A stretch of DNA of 64,000 nt from Acidimicrobiia bacterium (GCA_023265045.1 JAHFUQ010000003.1:30995-94994); one strand, 5' to 3'. Numbered from the stretch's first letter, positions 11,372-24,099 are shown. The notes: generated from the sequence alone by a model not told the origin. Numbers and translations are program-made.

Positions 11372-11656
11372 ATGACTGACCTCGCTGTCCCTGTCGAAGC
11401 CGTCGCCATGAGCCCGGCGCCGCCCGGCGCCGCCGCGCCGCAACGCAGCCACCTCCGGGCGACCCTGCACTCGGCCGGGCTGCGGGCGGCCCGCACCTTC
11501 ACCCAGGCGTTCATCGCCGTGCTCACTGCCAGCCCCGTGTTGCACCTCAACGTCAGCGTCGTCAAGACCGCCGCCACGGCGGGGTTCGCCGCCGTCCTGA
11601 CGCTCGCGCAACGCTGGCTCGACGATACGAACGTGCCAACCATCCCGGCGGGCTGA
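11372..11656 (+). CDS. Small membrane protein, phage r1t-holin-like (tentative)
   Basis: ATG 11372 follows GGATGAAAGGA. 94 aa with LRAARTFTQAFIAVL..AGFAAVLTLAQRWL, a pattern resembling actinophage holin-like proteins. Confidence 0.45.
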   Translation: MTDLAVPVEAVAMSPAPPGAAAPQRSHLRATLHSAGLRAARTFTQAFIAVLTASPVLHLNVSVVKTAATAGFAAVLTLAQRWLDDTNVPTIPAG

Positions 11657-11666
11657 GCGCAAGCGG

Positions 11667-11746
11667 GCGCCCCCGCCGGCGCCTCTCAGCTTGGTGCCCG
11701 CGCCCCGCCGGCGCCTCTCAGCTTGGTACCGGCGCCCCGCCGGTAC
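11667..11746. repeat. 32-bp tandem repeat (about 2.4 copies) ending in a GC hairpin; terminator-like
   Basis: cccgccggcgcctctcagcttggt occurs at 11672-11695 and 11704-11727. Hairpin GTACCGGC-gcccc-GCCGGTAC at 11726-11746. Confidence 0.6.
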
Positions 11747-11757
11747 GATGGGCCCGC

Positions 11758-12135
11758 ATGCGGCCGTCAGCGCTCGACCACCTCGTGCTGCGGGTCGCCG
11801 ACGTGGACCGCTCCCTTGGTTGGTACGTCGCCGTCCTCGGGCTCGCGCCCGAGCGGGTCGACGAGTGGCGGCGCGGTGAGGCGCCGTTCCCGTCGGTGCG
11901 GGTCAGCGATCAGGCCGTCATCGATCTCATCGCCGCCGATGCCGACCACACCGCTCCCAACGTCGACCACTTCTGCCTGGCGGTCGAGGACGTCGACCTG
12001 CACGAGGTGGTGGAGTCGGGCCGCTTCGACGTCATCGAAGGCCCCGTCCCGCGGTGGGGCGCGCGGGGAACGGCCACCGCGGTGTACGTGCGCGACCCCG
12101 ACGGCAACATCGTCGAGTTGCGCGTCTACCCATGA
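11758..12135 (+). CDS. VOC (glyoxalase/bleomycin-resistance/dioxygenase) family protein
   Basis: LDHLVLRVADVDRSLGWY..HFCLAVED..VYVRDPDGNIVEL; 125 aa. Confidence 0.8.
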   Translation: MRPSALDHLVLRVADVDRSLGWYVAVLGLAPERVDEWRRGEAPFPSVRVSDQAVIDLIAADADHTAPNVDHFCLAVEDVDLHEVVESGRFDVIEGPVPRWGARGTATAVYVRDPDGNIVELRVYP

Positions 12136-12899
12136 CCGCGCTCGTCACCGGCGCGTCGAGCGGGATCGGGAGGGCGTTCGCCGTCGAGCTGGTGAAGCGC
12201 GGGACCGACGTGGTCGTGGTCGCCCGCCGGCGCGACAAGCTCGAGGAGCTGGCGAAGGAGCTGGACGGCAAGGCGGACGTCGAGATCCTGGTCGCCGACC
12301 TGTCCGACCCCGACCAGCTGGCGACCGTCGAGGCCCGCCTCGCCGACGCCGAACGCCCGATCGACCTGCTCGTGAACAACGCCGGCTTCGGCACCGCGGG
12401 CCCCTTCCACCAGCTGCCCGTCGAGCGGGAGGACGAGGAGATCCGGCTCAACGTGGTGGCGCTGGTGCGCCTCACCCGGGCGGCGCTGCCGGGGATGGTG
12501 GCCCGGGGCCGGGGCGGCGTCGTCAATCTCTCGTCCGTGTCGGGCGAGCAGCCCTTGCCCGGCTGGGCGACCTACGCGGCGACCAAGGCGTTCGTCACCA
12601 GCTTCTCGCGAGCCATCGCCGCGGAGCTGAAGGGCAGCGGCGTGAAGGTACTCAACGTCCTGCCCGGCTTCACCCGCACCGAGTTCCAGGACCACGGCAA
12701 CTTCGGCCAGCACTTCATCCCGGGCCCCGTGTGGATGACGCCTGAGCAGGTCGCCCGCAAGTCGCTCAAGGCCCTCGACCGCGGCCGCTCCGAGGTCGTC
12801 CCCGGGCTCCAGTACCGCTTCGTCGCCCTGGTGACCCGCCTGTCGCCGTGGCCCCTGACGCGGCTCGTGCTGAGGGGCGCCACCCGCAAGATGTGGTGA
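12132..12899 (+). CDS. SDR family oxidoreductase
   Basis: ATG 12132 overlaps the upstream stop (ATGA). TGASSGIGRA, NNAG and YAATKAF motifs. Confidence 0.85.
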   Translation: MTALVTGASSGIGRAFAVELVKRGTDVVVVARRRDKLEELAKELDGKADVEILVADLSDPDQLATVEARLADAERPIDLLVNNAGFGTAGPFHQLPVEREDEEIRLNVVALVRLTRAALPGMVARGRGGVVNLSSVSGEQPLPGWATYAATKAFVTSFSRAIAAELKGSGVKVLNVLPGFTRTEFQDHGNFGQHFIPGPVWMTPEQVARKSLKALDRGRSEVVPGLQYRFVALVTRLSPWPLTRLVLRGATRKMW

Positions 12900-13393
12900 C
12901 GATCCGCGCCGCGACGGAGGAGGACGTTGACGCCACCCTCGACCTGTTCGAGGCAGTGGTCAACGAGGGCACGTGGATGGGCGCCGAGCCAGGTTTCGAC
13001 CGCAACGAGCGGCGCGGGCGCTTCCTCGCCTCGCTCACGGAGGACCGCTGCACCCAGCTGGTCGCCATGACCGACGGGGGCGAGATCGTCGGCATGCTGA
13101 ACCTCGAAGTGGCGCCGTACGGGGTCGCCGGGCTGGGGATGTGCGTGGCCCGAGTGTGGCGGCGCCGGGGCGTGGGCGGGGCGCTGGTGGAGGGGGCCGT
13201 CGACGCCGCCCGCCGGCTCGGCGCCCACAAGCTCAGCCTCCAGGTGTGGCCCCACAACGAGGCCGCCCTCCGCCTCTACGCCCGCCACGGTTTCGTCGAG
13301 GAGGGACGGCTCCGCCGCCACTACCGGCGGCGCAACGGCGAGTTGTGGGATGCGGTCATGATGGGGCTCGTGCTCGAAGAGGAAAACGCCTGA
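12896..13393 (+). CDS. GNAT family N-acetyltransferase
   Basis: GTG 12896 overlaps the SDR stop. VARVWRRRGVGGALV (acetyl-CoA binding loop) and LYARHGF. Confidence 0.8.
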   Translation: MTIRAATEEDVDATLDLFEAVVNEGTWMGAEPGFDRNERRGRFLASLTEDRCTQLVAMTDGGEIVGMLNLEVAPYGVAGLGMCVARVWRRRGVGGALVEGAVDAARRLGAHKLSLQVWPHNEAALRLYARHGFVEEGRLRRHYRRRNGELWDAVMMGLVLEEENA

Positions 13394-14133
13394 TGGCGGA
13401 GAAGGGCTGGCACCGCACCGTCCGCAGCGCCGACGTGCAAGCAGGCGACATCTTCCCGGCCAACGTCGGGCCCCGCTTCATCCTCGTCGCCCGGCTGCAG
13501 AACGGGGACGCCGTGGCGTTCGCGGCCAGCTGTCCCCACCAGGGCACCGACCTCGAGACGGCCACGCTGTGGGACAACAAGATCCGCTGCTCGCGCCATC
13601 AGTACATCTACGACGGCTGCACCGGCCTCAACATCTTCCCCACCGAGCGGTTCGGCCCCGACCGGCTCTGGAAGACCAAGCCCGGCTACCTGCCGACCTA
13701 TGCCACCGAGGAGCGCGCCGGCTGGATCTGGGTCTACCAGGACCCCCGCCCGCCGCCGAAGGGGTACGACCCCAAGCTGGAGATCCCGCCGGAGGGCGCC
13801 GAACGCGAGGCGCCGCTCGAGCCCGAGGAGGACGCAGGCCCCACCGAGCAGGTGAAAGTCGTGCGGGTGCGGGAGGGCGCGGACTTCGAGCTGCGCCTGC
13901 CCATCAACCCCCTGCCCGGCAACGAGTGGCGGGTCGAGGTGGTCGGGGACCTGCTGGAGATCGTCGACGAGGGCCTGCGCCCCACCGACCCGCCCAAGTG
14001 GGGCGTGAAGATCCACGCTCACGAGGCGGGCGAGGACGCCGTCGAGTGCCGCTTCCGGGCGCCGTGGGACGTCGAGCCGTCCGAGCTGCGCCGCTACGTC
14101 GTCCACGTCATCGCCGGCGCGGAGGCCGACTAG
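13393..14133 (+). CDS. Rieske [2Fe-2S] domain protein fused to a chagasin/I42-like C-terminal domain
   Basis: ATG 13393 overlaps the GNAT stop. Rieske ligands CPHQG...CSRHQ. C-terminal DFELRLPINPLPGNEWRVEV ... ECRFRAPWD resembles the inhibitor I42 pattern (NPTTGYxW ... RPW). Confidence 0.65.
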   Translation: MAEKGWHRTVRSADVQAGDIFPANVGPRFILVARLQNGDAVAFAASCPHQGTDLETATLWDNKIRCSRHQYIYDGCTGLNIFPTERFGPDRLWKTKPGYLPTYATEERAGWIWVYQDPRPPPKGYDPKLEIPPEGAEREAPLEPEEDAGPTEQVKVVRVREGADFELRLPINPLPGNEWRVEVVGDLLEIVDEGLRPTDPPKWGVKIHAHEAGEDAVECRFRAPWDVEPSELRRYVVHVIAGAEAD

Positions 14134-14678
14134 CCCGCTCAGGGTGTCCTGTCTGTCATACCCCTTCTGCATCACGGTGTCAGCCGGCCGCGCTCCGGCT
14201 CACCGCCCCCCCCGGACTGAGCGCCCAGTTTGAACGGGTTTGGACGGTGCGGCTCGGCGCCGGATCGTGCACCACCGACCTGTTCGGGCAGTACACGTCC
14301 CGTAGCCGCTCGCCGCGAACTGGGCGACCTCGCCTCCTACGGCTGTCGGGCGGCACGATCACGTACCACCGGGCCTGTTTCGGGCCGCCTTCGGGTTCCG
14401 CGAGTCGACGCGGCCGAGGTCAGCATGGCCAAGGGGTTGTTCGAGATTCCCCGGCGACGTCGGCGTCGTTCCCGGTGCCTCGGCTGCGGCTCAGCGCCGA
14501 GCTGCTCACGAAGAGGTTGGCCGCGAGGCGGAAACACCGCCACCACGAGAACGGTCGCGGCCACCACCGTCAGTGAGAGAAGGCGCCACCCGCCGTTGGG
14601 AACTCGTCCAATTCGCTCCCGTCGTCGCCTCTCGGCATTGTCGTGCCCGTTCGCGGGCCGCGCCAGCGTGGTCGGACG

Positions 14679-14879
14679 CTAGCGCCGGTTCAAGAGGGCG
14701 AGGGCGAGGGTCAGCAGGAGGGAGAGGGCCAGGCAGGTGGCGAGCGGGAAGGAGAAGCGGAAGTTGCCCCGCTTCACGGCGATGTCGCCCGGGAGGCCGC
14801 CGAGCAGCAGCACGGCGCCGACCGCGACCACGAGCAGCCCAACGACGATGAGCGCCTTACCGACGGCGGACGAGTCCAC
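14679..14879 (-). CDS. DUF2905-like small membrane protein
   Basis: GTG 14879. 66 aa with GKALIVVGLLVVAVG..LPGDIAVKRGNFRFSFPLATCLALSLLLTL, matching the DUF2905 pattern. Confidence 0.65.
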   Translation of the reverse strand: MDSSAVGKALIVVGLLVVAVGAVLLLGGLPGDIAVKRGNFRFSFPLATCLALSLLLTLALALLNRR

Positions 14880-15300
14880 TACAGGCCGACGGTACCAAGC
14901 TCGGCTCCGGCATCGGGCCCGCGCTCGGGCGTGCCCGGGCGTCGCCGGCGCGCCGCCCCGCGAGCGCAGCGGACGCCCGCGACCGTGCATGGGAGGCCGC
15001 CACCTGCACAAGCTGGGCGCCCGGCACGATTTCGCCGGGCGTTCGACCGACCGGCCTGGGCGCAGACGACCGAGGCCGTCGGGGTAGGCCAGCAGGCTCG
15101 TGTGGCGCGCTCGATCAGCTCTTGGCGCCGACGGCGCCGGCCCGGGCGCCCGTGGGGTCAGGTCCACCCACCGGTTGCGCCGCTCGCCGAATGCACGACG
15201 GCGACCCCGCGGGGGTGGCCCGCCAACATCTCGCCTCAGGCCGGCGGCCCGCCGACGACGACCAGGGCGTCGTACATAAGGATCGGATTTACCCAGGTCA

Positions 15301-15759
15301 TTGCTGGGTAAGCGTGACGTCGTCGAGTCCAAAACGAAGCTTTCCGCGTGCCCGTCCAGCGTCGGTGCGGCCCGTCGCTTCGTACGCGACGTCCTGTGCA
15401 CCCGCAATGTGAGCGATCGTGTCGCCGACACCGTCGCCCTGCTGACCAGCGAGGTGGTGACCAACGCCATCGTCCACGCCGGGGCGGCGCCCAAGCTGGT
15501 GGTGCGCCTTTCGCGTGGGCGGGTGCGGGTCGAGGTCCACGACCAGCACACCGAGGTGCCGGTGCGCCGCCGCCACGATCCCCTGGCCGTGTCGGGTCGG
15601 GGCATGGAGATCGTCGACCAGCTGGCGCGGGAGTGGGGCGTCGAGCACGTGCCCGACGGCAAGCGGGTCTGGTTCGAGGTGCCCTTCAGCTCCCCCGCGC
15701 TCCCCGACTGGGTCAAGGCCCGCGCCGATCTCGTGCCGCCGCGCGAAGACACAACCTGA
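15301..15759 (+). CDS. ATP-binding anti-sigma factor / RsbW-type serine kinase (HATPase_c_2)
   Basis: ARRFVRDVL..LLTSEVVTNAIVHA..SGRGMEIVDQLAREWG. The start (TTG 15301) is uncertain. Confidence 0.7.
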   Translation: MLGKRDVVESKTKLSACPSSVGAARRFVRDVLCTRNVSDRVADTVALLTSEVVTNAIVHAGAAPKLVVRLSRGRVRVEVHDQHTEVPVRRRHDPLAVSGRGMEIVDQLAREWGVEHVPDGKRVWFEVPFSSPALPDWVKARADLVPPREDTT

Positions 15760-15795
15760 GCTGAGAGCGGCCTGACCCGGCCTTTCGGCACGCCC

Positions 15796-19254
<3,459 letters not shown>

Positions 19255-19257
19255 CTA

Positions 19258-19273
19258 TCGAACATACATTCGT
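19258..19273. promoter_or_regulatory. LexA (SOS) box upstream of dnaE2
   Basis: TCGAAC-ATAC-ATTCGT compared with the mycobacterial consensus TCGAAC-N4-GTTCGA. Lies 4-19 nt upstream of the dnaE2 ATG. Confidence 0.65.
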
Positions 19274-19442
19274 TTGCCGTCCGCCGCCAACAGTGCAAGG
19301 ATGATGGTGCATCAGACCCGTCTCCCAGCCGCGCTCATGGCCGTGAGCAGCACGTTTCCAGCAGCGATCCGGCTGAGACCCCTGGGAGCGCGCTCCAAAG
19401 CTACGGTGCATCCCGTCCCTCCGCCAAGGACCCCGAACACCG

Positions 19443-19772
19443 ATGAACGGCACCCCGCCTCGATCCTTCGCCCTCAACGTCGAGACCGCCGACCAGCGCG
19501 CCACCGTTCAGGTGACGGGCGAGGTCGACCTTGAGACGTCCGCCGCCCTGCGCACGGCCCTCCTCGACCTGGCCAACGACGGCGCCCAACTGGTCACCGT
19601 CGACCTGGCGGAGACGGACTTCATCGACTCGACCGGCCTCCATGCGCTCGTCGTCGCCATGAAGCAGCTGCGCGAACACGGGGGCGACTTGGTGCTGCGA
19701 TCGCCGTCCCGCAACGCCGCTCGCGTCCTCGAGCTGAGCGGGCTCGCCACGGTCGTCAAGATCCTGAACTGA
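19443..19772 (+). CDS. STAS domain anti-sigma-factor antagonist
   Basis: VQVTGEVDLETSAALRTALLDL...VDLAETDFIDSTGLHALV (conserved DST phospho-site region); 109 aa. Confidence 0.85.
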   Translation: MNGTPPRSFALNVETADQRATVQVTGEVDLETSAALRTALLDLANDGAQLVTVDLAETDFIDSTGLHALVVAMKQLREHGGDLVLRSPSRNAARVLELSGLATVVKILN

Positions 19773-19834
19773 CGCCGGTTTCAGAGTAAAGGTCCGAGGA
19801 GTAGCGTAGGCACCCCTACCGGGGAGCCATTGCG

Positions 19835-20857
19835 ATGCCCCACAGCGACCGAGAAGCGGCAAGGCAGGTCGTGCTGCTGGGCGCCTCGGCCGGAGGGGTG
19901 GAAGCGATTTCGACGGTCGTCGCCGGCCTCCCGGCCGACTTGCCGGCAGCCGTGCTGGTGGTCCTCCACATCCCCGCGTGGGGTACGAGCGTCCTCCCGA
20001 GCATCCTGGGACGCTGCGGACGGCTCCCGGTAGCCCATGCGGTCGACGGCGAGCCGTTGCTGGCCGGCCGGGTGTACGTGGCGCCGCCGGACAACCACCT
20101 GGCGACCGAGGACGGCAAAGTCCGCGTCACGCCCGGCCCCAAGGAGAACGGCGTGCGGCCCGCCGTCGACACCCTCTTCCGCTCCGCGGCCCACACCCAC
20201 GGCCGCCACGTGGTCGCGGTCGTACTTTCGGGAACGCTCGACGACGGCACCGCCGGGCTGGTGGCCGTGAAATCTCACGGCGGGATCACGGTGGTCCAAG
20301 ACCCGGCCGACGCCGCCTTTCCGGGCATGCCCGAGAGCGCCGTGCGCTTCGCCCACCCGACCCACGTGGCGCCCGTGCGGGACATCGCCGCGTTGGTCGC
20401 CCAGTGTGTCCTCGACGCAAGCGTCGGCGCCCCGCACGGAGGGGACGTCATGACCGACGGGCCCGACCGCGCGGAGACAGGCGCGGCCGACCAGGAAGGG
20501 GTCCCCTCCGAGCTCAACTGCCCGGAGTGCGGGGGCACGCTGTGGGAGCGCGCCGACGGCGACCTCCTTCGCTTCCGGTGTCGCGTCGGGCACGCCTACT
20601 CGCCCGAGAGCTTGTTCTCGCATCAGCTCGAGTCGCTGGAGGGCGCGCTGTGGACGGCGGTCGTCGCCCTGCAGGAACGGGGCGACCTGGCCATGCGGTT
20701 GGCGAAGCGGATGGTCGGCCGAGGCCACCACGGCCGGGCCGTCCGATACGAAGACCAAGCCGCCGACGCCCGCCGGCGCGCCGACCAGGTGCGGGCCGCC
20801 ATCGTGCAGTTGAGCCGGTCGGATGGCCCCGCCGACCTCAAGGCGACGAAGCGCTAG
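19835..20857 (+). CDS. CheB-type protein-glutamate methylesterase domain protein (no receiver domain) with C-terminal zinc-ribbon/helical extension
   Basis: VVLLGASAGGVEA, DTLFRSAA, VLSGTLDDGTAG, ITVVQDP. C-terminal CPECGG...FRCRVGH. Confidence 0.8.
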   Translation: MPHSDREAARQVVLLGASAGGVEAISTVVAGLPADLPAAVLVVLHIPAWGTSVLPSILGRCGRLPVAHAVDGEPLLAGRVYVAPPDNHLATEDGKVRVTPGPKENGVRPAVDTLFRSAAHTHGRHVVAVVLSGTLDDGTAGLVAVKSHGGITVVQDPADAAFPGMPESAVRFAHPTHVAPVRDIAALVAQCVLDASVGAPHGGDVMTDGPDRAETGAADQEGVPSELNCPECGGTLWERADGDLLRFRCRVGHAYSPESLFSHQLESLEGALWTAVVALQERGDLAMRLAKRMVGRGHHGRAVRYEDQAADARRRADQVRAAIVQLSRSDGPADLKATKR

Positions 20858-20861
20858 GCCC

Positions 20862-22709
20862 ATGGCGATCCCTCCCGCCGACACCGCGTTCGAACAGCTC
20901 CTCAGCTACGTCCGCGACGAGCGAGGGTTCGACTTCACCGCCTACAAGAGGCCCAGCCTCGTCCGTCGCATCACCCAGCGGATGCACCTCGTCGGCACCG
21001 ACGGGGACTACCGCGCCTACCAGGCGCGGCTCGAGGCCGAGCCCCACGAGTTCAACGAGCTGTTCGACACGATCCTCATCAACGTCACCGGGTTCTTCCG
21101 GGACCGCCCGGCGTGGGACTCGCTGGCCGCCGACGTCATCCCTCGGATCATCGAGGAAAAAGAGGAGAGCGCGCCGATCCGCGTGTGGTCAGCGGGGTGC
21201 GCGTCCGGCGAGGAGGCGTACTCCCTCGCCATCTTGTTGTGCGAAGCCGTCGGCGAGAGCCGGTTCCGGGAGCTGGTGAAGGTGTACGGGACCGACGCCG
21301 ACGACCGCGCCCTGTCCCAGGCCCGCCAGGGCCGCTACCCCGAGAAGGCGCTGCACGACGCGCTCGACGACGTGCGGGAGCAGCGCTTCTTCGAAGCCGA
21401 CAACGGGAACGGGGGCCTGGCGTTCCGCAAGGACCTGCGCCGCTCGGTCATTTTCGGCCGCCACGACCTGGTGCAGGACCCGCCCATCTCCCGGATCGAC
21501 CTCCTCGTCTGTCGCAACACGCTCATGTACTTCAACGCCGATACCCAGCGGCGGGTCCTCAACAGCTTCCACTTCGCCCTCAACGAGGGGGGGTTCCTGT
21601 TCTTGGGCAAGGCCGAGGCCCTGGTCACCCGCACGACCCTGTTCAGCCTCGAGGACACCAAGCACCACATCTTCTCCAAGCGCGCCGGGCGCCGCGAGCG
21701 CCCATCGCTTCCCCGCGTCACCCCGGCGCCCATGGCGTTTCGAGCCGGATCGCCCGTCCTGCTGGACTCGGCGTTCGAGAACAGCCCAGTGGCGCAGATG
21801 GTCATCGGGCGCGACGGCATGCTCGACCTGGCCAACCGACACGCCCGTTTGATGTTCGGCCTGGGCATCGGCGACGTGGGCCGCCCTCTCAAGGACCTGG
21901 AGCTCTCGTACCGACCCATCGAGCTGCGCTCGCGCGTCGAGCAGGTGCTCGTCGAGCGGCGGCCGGTGACCATTGGCGACGTGGAGTTCCAGCTGCCGGG
22001 CGGCAGCGTGGACTACCTCGAGATCCAGTTCCTCCCGATCGGCGTCGACACTGCGGGCGTGAGCCTCACCTTCACCCAGCTGGGCCGGCACAAGCTGCTG
22101 CGCGACGAGCTCGAGCGGGCCCAGCGCGAGCTGGAGACGGCCTACGAGGAGCTCCAATCCACGGTCGAGGAGCTGGAGACGACCAATGAGGAGCTGCAAT
22201 CCACCAACGAGGAGCTCGAGACCACCAACGAGGAGCTGCACTCGACCAACGAGGAGCTCGAAACGATGAACGAGGAGCTCCAGTCGATCAACGAGGAGCT
22301 GGAGACCATCAACACCGAGTTGCGGGACCGCTCGTGCGACCTCGACCACGCCAACGCCTTCCTCCACTCCATCCTGACCAGTTTGGGGTCGGGCGTCGCC
22401 GTGCTCAACGCCAGCATGGCGGTAAGGGTGTGGAACCGCCAGGCCGAGGACTTGTGGGGACTGCGGGCCGACGAGGTGCAGGACCAGCACTTCCTGAACC
22501 TGGACATCGGGTTGCCCGTGGATGAGTTGCGCCCAGCCATCCGCGCCTGCTTGAGCGGGAAGTCACCGGGGGAACAGCGGACGCTGGCGGCGGTGAACCG
22601 CCGGGGCCGGACGATCGAGTGCCGGGTGATCGTCTCGCCCCTCGTCGACGGGAACGGGAGCGCGGGCGGCGTCATCGTCCGTATGGACCAACTCGACGGA
22701 CATGGCTGA
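20862..22709 (+). CDS. CheR-type methyltransferase fused to a coiled coil and PAS domain
   Basis: FDFTAYKRPSLVRRI, TGFFRD, IRVWSAGCASGEEAYSLAILL, LLVCRNTLMYFN. Followed by a (NEELxTx) heptad array and a PAS-like C-terminus. Confidence 0.85.
   Translation: MAIPPADTAFEQLLSYVRDERGFDFTAYKRPSLVRRITQRMHLVGTDGDYRAYQARLEAEPHEFNELFDTILINVTGFFRDRPAWDSLAADVIPRIIEEKEESAPIRVWSAGCASGEEAYSLAILLCEAVGESRFRELVKVYGTDADDRALSQARQGRYPEKALHDALDDVREQRFFEADNGNGGLAFRKDLRRSVIFGRHDLVQDPPISRIDLLVCRNTLMYFNADTQRRVLNSFHFALNEGGFLFLGKAEALVTRTTLFSLEDTKHHIFSKRAGRRERPSLPRVTPAPMAFRAGSPVLLDSAFENSPVAQMVIGRDGMLDLANRHARLMFGLGIGDVGRPLKDLELSYRPIELRSRVEQVLVERRPVTIGDVEFQLPGGSVDYLEIQFLPIGVDTAGVSLTFTQLGRHKLLRDELERAQRELETAYEELQSTVEELETTNEELQSTNEELETTNEELHSTNEELETMNEELQSINEELETINTELRDRSCDLDHANAFLHSILTSLGSGVAVLNASMAVRVWNRQAEDLWGLRADEVQDQHFLNLDIGLPVDELRPAIRACLSGKSPGEQRTLAAVNRRGRTIECRVIVSPLVDGNGSAGGVIVRMDQLDGHG
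22146..22318 (+). repeat. About 8 x 21-bp coding repeat (heptad EELxxTN array) within the CheR-PAS gene
   Basis: gaggagct-N13 is reiterated; protein reads EELQSTVEELETTNEELQSTNEELETTNEELHSTNEELETMNEELQSINEELETIN. Confidence 0.8.
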
Positions 22710-24099
22710 CGCTCCGTTTGGGACCGATTTGGCGATGCGTCGAATCCTCGACGAGGCCGCGGTGCGCGAGTCGCGCGAGCGCCTGGTCCATCTCCTCTCC
22801 GAAACCGCCGACGAGGCCTACGCCTCGAAGGAGCACCTGCAGCGGTTCGTCCAGGAGCTGTCGGCGGGGATCGAGGAGCTGCTGGTCGCCGAGGAGGAGC
22901 TGCGGGTGCAGAGCGAGGAGCTCGCCGTGTCGGCCGCCGCGATCGACGCCGAGCGCGAGCGGTACGGCGAGCTGTTCGAGTTCGCGCCTGACGCGTACCT
23001 CGTGACCGACACGCACGGCAAGATCTTGGAGGCCAACAGCGCGGCCAGCCGGATGCTGGGCGTGGCCGCCCGCTACCTCGAGGGGAAGCTGATCGTCAGC
23101 TTCGTCGACGACTCGGCCCGACGCGACCTTCGGGACCTGCTGGCCGCCCTGTCCCCATCGCCGCTTCCCGTGCAGGAGCACTACCTGCGGATGCGCCCGC
23201 GCGACGGCGAGCCGTTCGTCGCCGAGGTCCGCGCCGTGGGGCGGGTGCACAACGGCGTCGTCGTCGTCCGCTGGATGGTGCGCGACATCACCCAGCGGCT
23301 GCGGCTCGAGGAGGAGATCCGGTTCCTGCACACCGAGGTGGAGCTGCTCACCAGCCTGGGACAGGTCGCCCGCCTGACGGCAGAGCCCCAGTCGGTCGAG
23401 GCCATGCTCGACGGGGTCCTCGAGCTGGCCGCCCAGGCGCTCCCCGAGTGTGAGGTCAGCGTGGCGCTGTCCGTACCGGGCGGGGTGCGGTTCCCGGCGT
23501 CGTCCGGCGCTCGGGGACAGCGCCTCGACGAGGCCGCACGAGAGCACGACGGGCCTTGCCTGACCGCCCTCCACGACGATGCGGCCGTGGAAGCGTCGCT
23601 CGCCGAGGCCGTTGGCCGGTGGCCGGCGTTCGGCGCGGTCGGGCAGGAGGTCGGCCTCGTGTCTGCCGGCGGCTATCCCCTCACCGCCCCGGGCGGCCAG
23701 CGCGGCTCGCTGAACGTCTACGCCTTCGCCGAGCTGAGCGCGCCGACGCGGGCGTTGATGCCGCTCCTCGTCGATCAGGTCGTCGTCGCGTTGACCAACG
23801 CCGAGCTGTACGAGGGCGCCCACAGCCTGGCCGGCCACCTGCGGCGGGCGCTTGAGACCCGGGGCGTCATCGAGCAGGCCAAGGGTGTGCTCATCGCCCG
23901 CCAGCGCTGTACCGACGAGCAGGCCTTCGACATCCTGCGGCGGGCCTCGCAGCGTATGAACCGCAAGCTGCGCGACGTCGCCGCCGAACTCGTCGCCCAT
24001 GTGCAGGCGGGCCAACGAGGCCCGTCCAACGACTTCTTGGCGGCCCGGGACGTCGACGCGCCGATGACACCGCCTTTGCTCCGGCCGCCCGCTAGGTAA
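22702..24099 (+). CDS. PAS-GAF-ANTAR RNA-binding (antitermination-type) regulator
   Basis: ATG 22702 overlaps the CheR-PAS stop. Coiled coil EELLVAEEELRVQSEEL, PAS (LFEFAPDAYLVTDTHGKILEAN), a GAF-like middle, and ANTAR (TRGVIEQAKGVLIARQRCTDEQAFDILRRASQRMNRKLRDVA). Confidence 0.8.
   Translation: MADAPFGTDLAMRRILDEAAVRESRERLVHLLSETADEAYASKEHLQRFVQELSAGIEELLVAEEELRVQSEELAVSAAAIDAERERYGELFEFAPDAYLVTDTHGKILEANSAASRMLGVAARYLEGKLIVSFVDDSARRDLRDLLAALSPSPLPVQEHYLRMRPRDGEPFVAEVRAVGRVHNGVVVVRWMVRDITQRLRLEEEIRFLHTEVELLTSLGQVARLTAEPQSVEAMLDGVLELAAQALPECEVSVALSVPGGVRFPASSGARGQRLDEAAREHDGPCLTALHDDAAVEASLAEAVGRWPAFGAVGQEVGLVSAGGYPLTAPGGQRGSLNVYAFAELSAPTRALMPLLVDQVVVALTNAELYEGAHSLAGHLRRALETRGVIEQAKGVLIARQRCTDEQAFDILRRASQRMNRKLRDVAAELVAHVQAGQRGPSNDFLAARDVDAPMTPPLLRPPAR

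Noticed and set aside
11372-11656. The holin-like gene considered as evidence for a prophage.
   Set aside because: No integrase, capsid, tail or lysin genes are nearby, and no attachment-site-like repeats or tRNA. The gene sits between amtB and housekeeping-type enzyme genes.
15236-15277. A minus-strand mini-ORF MYDALVVVGGPPA*, which resembles the start of an FAD/NAD(P)-binding oxidoreductase (possible gene remnant).
   Set aside because: It is only 13 codons long with no Shine-Dalgarno sequence. I could not follow a convincing continuation in any frame, and the 420-bp gap is too short for such an enzyme.
19835-22709. CheB/CheR genes considered as a chemotaxis operon.
   Set aside because: No MCP, CheA, CheW or CheY genes are present. 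CheB lacks a receiver domain. The neighbours are PAS, GAF, ANTAR and STAS proteins, so a non-chemotactic signalling role is more likely.
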